Source of the DNA: Porticoccaceae bacterium
GTDB taxonomy: Bacteria > Pseudomonadota > Gammaproteobacteria > Pseudomonadales > Porticoccaceae
Direction of reading: 5' to 3'
Assembly (NCBI GenBank): GCA_050175615.1
Contig: JBFXIU010000001.1
Coordinates: 547-64,546 of the forward strand
DNA length: 64,000 nt
Under the pieces are notes generated by a model. That model was given only the letters and a program-made list of their open reading frames with translations. It was not told the origin of the DNA and ran no database searches. Shown here in pieces: positions 60,351 to 64,000 of this stretch. Each line of letters opens with the position of its first letter. The stretch's first letter is position 1. Position numbers and translations under genes: made by a program.

Positions 60351-61322
60351 ATGGCGGTCAATACACTTGCCAAGATAGATTTAAACCTGCTTGTCGCTCT
60401 AGAGGTTTTGCTGGAAGAGCGCAATGTGACTCGAGCCTCGGAACGGCTGTTCATCACTCAGCCAGCCATGAGCAAGACCTTGCAGCGGTTGCGGATGCTT
60501 TTCGACGACGAGCTGTTTATTCGCAGTGGCCGAGCGCTGGTGCCGACGGCGCGCGCTCTGGAGCTACAGGCAAGATTGCCGCAGTTGCTGGTGAATATCG
60601 AGGATGTGATTGGCGGCAAAACGTTTGATCCCCTGGAGGATGAAGGCGCAGCCCATCTGGCGACGCCGGAATTTGTCGCGGTGCAGCTGGCTCCCATTCT
60701 GACCTGGGAGATGGCGGTGGATGCGCCCAATTTCACCCTCGCCATCTCAAACAAACTGGAAGGCTACCAGCAGAGCCTGAGGGAGGGCGATCTGGATTTT
60801 GTTCTGGCGGTGGATACAAAGCTCCCCGATGAGTTTGTCGCCACCCCGGTAGGCGGCTTTGCGCCAGCGGTGTGGATGCGCAAGGGGCATCCACTGGCGG
60901 CAGAGGAGCTGACCCTGAAATCCATGCTCGCCTATCCCTTTATTCAGTATTTTCTCCTTCAGGCCGCGGATCGGCTGGCGCCGACAACCGAGGCGCGGTT
61001 TGACAAAACCATCGCAGAGCAAGGGTTGAAGCGGCGAAAAATTCTAGTGACAGATCAGTTGATGACGGCGCTTTATGCTCTGCAGAACAGTGATTGTTTG
61101 ATGCTCAGTACGGCTCACGACCTCAAGCTGGAAGCCAGTATGTTTGAAATCGTGCGCAAGCCCTATCCCGAGGAGATCGCTCACGACAGCTATATCCCTA
61201 TTTCTCTTTTCCAGCACCGAAGAACCCTGCAGTCCTCCATGCATCGCTGGTTGCGGGAACGCCTGCTTTCGGCTGTGGATGAGGTTCGGGTTACCCGCAT
61301 GGAGGGCGATTTTAGCCCTTAA
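60351..61322 (+). CDS. LysR-family transcriptional regulator
   Basis: The N-terminal wHTH IDLNLLVALEVLLEERNVTRASERLFITQPAMSKTLQRLR is followed by a LysR substrate-binding domain. ATG at 60351. Confidence 0.88.
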   Translation: MAVNTLAKIDLNLLVALEVLLEERNVTRASERLFITQPAMSKTLQRLRMLFDDELFIRSGRALVPTARALELQARLPQLLVNIEDVIGGKTFDPLEDEGAAHLATPEFVAVQLAPILTWEMAVDAPNFTLAISNKLEGYQQSLREGDLDFVLAVDTKLPDEFVATPVGGFAPAVWMRKGHPLAAEELTLKSMLAYPFIQYFLLQAADRLAPTTEARFDKTIAEQGLKRRKILVTDQLMTALYALQNSDCLMLSTAHDLKLEASMFEIVRKPYPEEIAHDSYIPISLFQHRRTLQSSMHRWLRERLLSAVDEVRVTRMEGDFSP

Positions 61323-61342
61323 CCGGGTTGTGCAGAGGCTCC

Positions 61343-61987
61343 TTAAATTTTATAGCTGGTTGCGGTCATGGCTTTGGACACCAGAGACATCAAGCCCTTC
61401 ACTGGCGAGGGAAACGCCAGGCCGCCATTGGCAAGCGCCGTCTCTGCATGCCTGGCTTCATCTTCAAGCATTTTGGTGACTACCGCCCGGCTTTTACTGT
61501 CCTTTTCCGGCAGTTCTGCCAGGTGATTTGACAGATGGTTGCAGACCAGTTGTTCGGTGGCGGCGACAAAGCCTAGGCTCAAGCGGTCATGAACAAGGCC
61601 TGCTCCCGCGCCTATGCCAAAGGAAAGGCCGTACCACAGGGGGTTGAGAACACTGGTATGGCTGCCGAGTTCTTTGATGCGGGCTTCACACCAGGCGAGG
61701 TGATCCACTTCCTCGGCGGCGGCCTTTTCCATTTCTCGGCGCACCGAGGGCAGTTTTGCTGTCAATGCCTGACCCTGGTAGAGCGCCTGGGCACAGACTT
61801 CGCCGCTGTGGTTGACACGCATCAACCCGGCTGCGTGGTTTTTTTCCTCTGTAGTCAGCAAAGAGTCGTCACCGGACACTGCTGGCGTACGCCGCTGGGC
61901 ACTGTTGGCATTGTTTGTCAGGGTGCGCAGGGCGCGGTCTGCACCGCTGATAAGTTTGTCGAGAGGGGAAAAATTTCGGGTTGTCAT
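61343..61987 (-). CDS. coq7: Demethoxyubiquinone hydroxylase (di-iron carboxylate)
   Basis: The tandem EXXH di-iron motifs sit in [37 protein letters not shown] and EDEARHAE. The 214-aa length is typical of Coq7. Confidence 0.9.
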   Translation of the reverse strand: MTTRNFSPLDKLISGADRALRTLTNNANSAQRRTPAVSGDDSLLTTEEKNHAAGLMRVNHSGEVCAQALYQGQALTAKLPSVRREMEKAAAEEVDHLAWCEARIKELGSHTSVLNPLWYGLSFGIGAGAGLVHDRLSLGFVAATEQLVCNHLSNHLAELPEKDSKSRAVVTKMLEDEARHAETALANGGLAFPSPVKGLMSLVSKAMTATSYKI

Positions 61988-62109
61988 TTTGGCGTATCAA
62001 GGGTGTTTTGGAATTAGGATTGTAGCTAAACTTGAATCCCGGTCAAAGGTAAACGGCGGCCACCGTCTTCAGCCACGCATTTAAATGATCAGTTTTGAGA
62101 GGAAAAATC

Positions 62110-63621
62110 ATGCAGGACGCTCGCGACCTTGGGGTCATTATCTCTGCTCAGGCGCCTCTAATTGTCGTTGAAACCCACGATGAAAAATCCGCCCTCGAAT
62201 TATTGCAGAGGGTTGCCCGTGACCAGCAAAAAGCCCTGCTGCGCTGGACTGTCACCGACGGCCTCAAGGCGTCCCACTTTGGTCTGCAGTTGGAACAGGA
62301 TGGCGAATTCGCCGATCCGGAGCAAGTTTTGCGGCACATCAGAGACCGGGCTCCGCCGGGCATTTATATGCTCTGTGATTTTCACCCCTGGATTGAAGAC
62401 CAGCCCAGGACGGTGCGCCTCCTCAAAGACATTGCCCTGAAACATGATCAGGGTTCGGTGACCCTGGTGCTGGTCAGTCACCAGTTGAGCTTGCCGCCGG
62501 AGCTTTCCCGGCTCGCGGCAAAATTCAGTTTGTCGCTGGCGACTAACGGGGAAATTCTCGCCATCGTCAAGGAGGAGGCCAGACTGTGGGCGGCGAAAAA
62601 TAATGGTAACAAGGTGCGCACCGACAGCAATGCTATCAGCCGCCTCGCGGCAACACTTCGAGGCTTGAATTCCGGCGAAGTGCGGCGCCTGGTGAGAACG
62701 GCAATCTATGATGACGGCGCCATCACTGACAGTGATATCCCTGAAATCAACACGGCCAAATTTCGCCTTATGGATATGGAGGGGGTTCTCACTTACAGCT
62801 ACGAAGTAGAAGACTTCAACAGTGTCGGAGGTATGGAAAATTTAAAAGGCTGGCTGAATCTGCGCAAGGGTGCGTTCCTGGATACCGACAGTAGCATTGC
62901 CGTGGACAGGCCAAAAGGCGTGCTGCTGCTCGGTGTCCAGGGTGGTGGTAAAAGCCTTGCCGCCAAGGCGGTGGCGGGATTGTGGGGTTTGCCGATGCTG
63001 CGGCTGGATGTGGGCGCTCTTTACAACAAATTCTATGGCGAAACCGAGCGCAATCTCCGTGAAGCCCTGCAGCTCGCTGATCAGATGTCTCCCTGCGTGC
63101 TCTGGGTCGACGAGATCGAAAAAGCCATCAGCAGTGGCGATAACGACGGCGGTGTGTCCCAGCGGGTACTGGGAACCTTGCTCACCTGGATGCAGGAACG
63201 CAAAACCTCGGTGTTTATGGTCGCCACTGCCAATGATATATCCCGCCTTCCGGCGGAGTTGTTAAGAAAAGGCCGCTTTGATGAAATTTTCTTTGTCGAT
63301 CTGCCGGATGCCGATGTGCGCAAGGATATTTTTGCCATCCATCTCGCCAGACGTGATTTCGATGCCTCTCGCTTCGACCTTGAGGCGCTGGCCGCCGCGA
63401 GTGAGGGTTTCAGCGGCGCGGAAATAGAGCAGGCAGTGGTGGCGTCGCTATATAGCGGATCAATGTCATCTGGCGCAGCGTTCGATGCCGAAGAGACGCC
63501 ATTAACGACAGAGGCTATTGTTGCCGAGTTGATGGCAACAACACCGCTTTCTACGGTGATGGCGGAAAAACTCAACGGGCTGCGCAATTGGGCGGCGGAG
63601 CGCAATGTGCGCAGCGTTTAA
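62110..63621 (+). CDS. Classic-clade AAA ATPase with roughly 240-aa N-terminal domain (no protease domain)
   Basis: Walker A GVQGGGKS, Walker B VLWVDEIEKA and second region of homology ATANDISRLPAELLRKGRFDEIFFVDLP. The ATG at 62110 follows the SD GAGG. Confidence 0.8.
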   Translation: MQDARDLGVIISAQAPLIVVETHDEKSALELLQRVARDQQKALLRWTVTDGLKASHFGLQLEQDGEFADPEQVLRHIRDRAPPGIYMLCDFHPWIEDQPRTVRLLKDIALKHDQGSVTLVLVSHQLSLPPELSRLAAKFSLSLATNGEILAIVKEEARLWAAKNNGNKVRTDSNAISRLAATLRGLNSGEVRRLVRTAIYDDGAITDSDIPEINTAKFRLMDMEGVLTYSYEVEDFNSVGGMENLKGWLNLRKGAFLDTDSSIAVDRPKGVLLLGVQGGGKSLAAKAVAGLWGLPMLRLDVGALYNKFYGETERNLREALQLADQMSPCVLWVDEIEKAISSGDNDGGVSQRVLGTLLTWMQERKTSVFMVATANDISRLPAELLRKGRFDEIFFVDLPDADVRKDIFAIHLARRDFDASRFDLEALAAASEGFSGAEIEQAVVASLYSGSMSSGAAFDAEETPLTTEAIVAELMATTPLSTVMAEKLNGLRNWAAERNVRSV

Positions 63622-63740
63622 GAATGCCTGGCAAATGTCGGTTTGGTTGCGCTTGTGGCATAATCGCCGATTCGACGACCTATTGAAATTTATCGCGGGA
63701 TATTCCCCGTGAACAACGATGATTCCCAGGAGGAAACAGA

Positions 63741-64000
63741 ATGGCGCAAAGAGAAGTGGTTATTGTCAGCGGTGTGCGCACACCCATTGGTGATTTTGGC
63801 GGTAGTTTGAAGGACTTTAGCCCCTCAGATCTGGCCGGTAAAGTGATCGCTGAAGCGGTAAAAAGAGCGGGTATTGAGCCCGAGACGGTAGATCATGTGA
63901 TCATTGGCAATGTGATTCACACCGAGCGCCAGGATATGTATGTCAGCCGCGCAGGCGCTCTCAAAGCCGGACTTTCTATTCACACTCCCTGCATGACCCT
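63741..64000 (+). CDS. Acetyl-CoA acetyltransferase (thiolase), 3'-truncated by window edge
   Basis: The ATG at 63741 follows the SD AGGAGG. The translation MAQREVVIVSGVRTPIGDFGGSLKDFSPSDLAGKVIAEAV is the canonical thiolase N-terminus. Confidence 0.85.
   Translation, partial: MAQREVVIVSGVRTPIGDFGGSLKDFSPSDLAGKVIAEAVKRAGIEPETVDHVIIGNVIHTERQDMYVSRAGALKAGLSIHTPCMT

Overview
This is a 64-kb chromosomal window from a moderately GC-rich Gammaproteobacterium. The gene order tolC-nudF-DUF1249-cpdA-yqiA-parE matches enterics, and trpGDC / crp(vfr) / osmC-like / coq7 matches Pseudomonas-like lineages. I saw no rRNA, tRNA, CRISPR array, intact IS or prophage. Left third (1-23 kb): LPS-core genes (GT1, ELM1-like, GT25, hldE, waaA), an Lpp/OprI-like lipoprotein next to an L,D-transpeptidase, cbpA-cbpM, two GGDEF proteins and housekeeping genes. 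Middle: a small accessory islet (yefM-yoeB toxin-antitoxin, a GFA-family gene, about 585 bp of dense inverted repeats) is followed by 16 co-directional minus-strand genes (43201 down to 25639). These are a non-canonical Mrp-like cluster (E-F-G-fused B-C-D-D-small ORF-D, no MrpA), a tandem USP protein, a P2-type ATPase and a CPA2/RCK antiporter. The run ends in a tightly coupled four-gene module: NOX/FRE-type NAD(P)H flavocytochrome b, secreted cytochrome b5, MtrA-type decaheme cytochrome and MtrB/PioB-type porin. This module is the most unusual content, because it looks like a quinone-independent route from cytoplasmic NAD(P)H to the cell exterior. Right third: an OmpR/HK pair and a cobalamin-riboswitch-controlled B12 uptake/salvage operon (btuB, a DUF71-type ATP pyrophosphatase, a leaderless BtuF-like protein, cobO, btuCDF). 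Then come rpe, trpEGDC with a candidate Trp-codon leader peptide, crp, an OsmC-like gene and a roughly 250-bp MITE-like palindrome. The window ends with two copies of a terminator module (one following a 28-aa hydrophobic peptide ORF), a LysR regulator, coq7, a classic-clade AAA ATPase and a 3'-truncated thiolase. All calls rest on reading the translated ORFs and the DNA by eye; no searches were run. Start codons are often uncertain.
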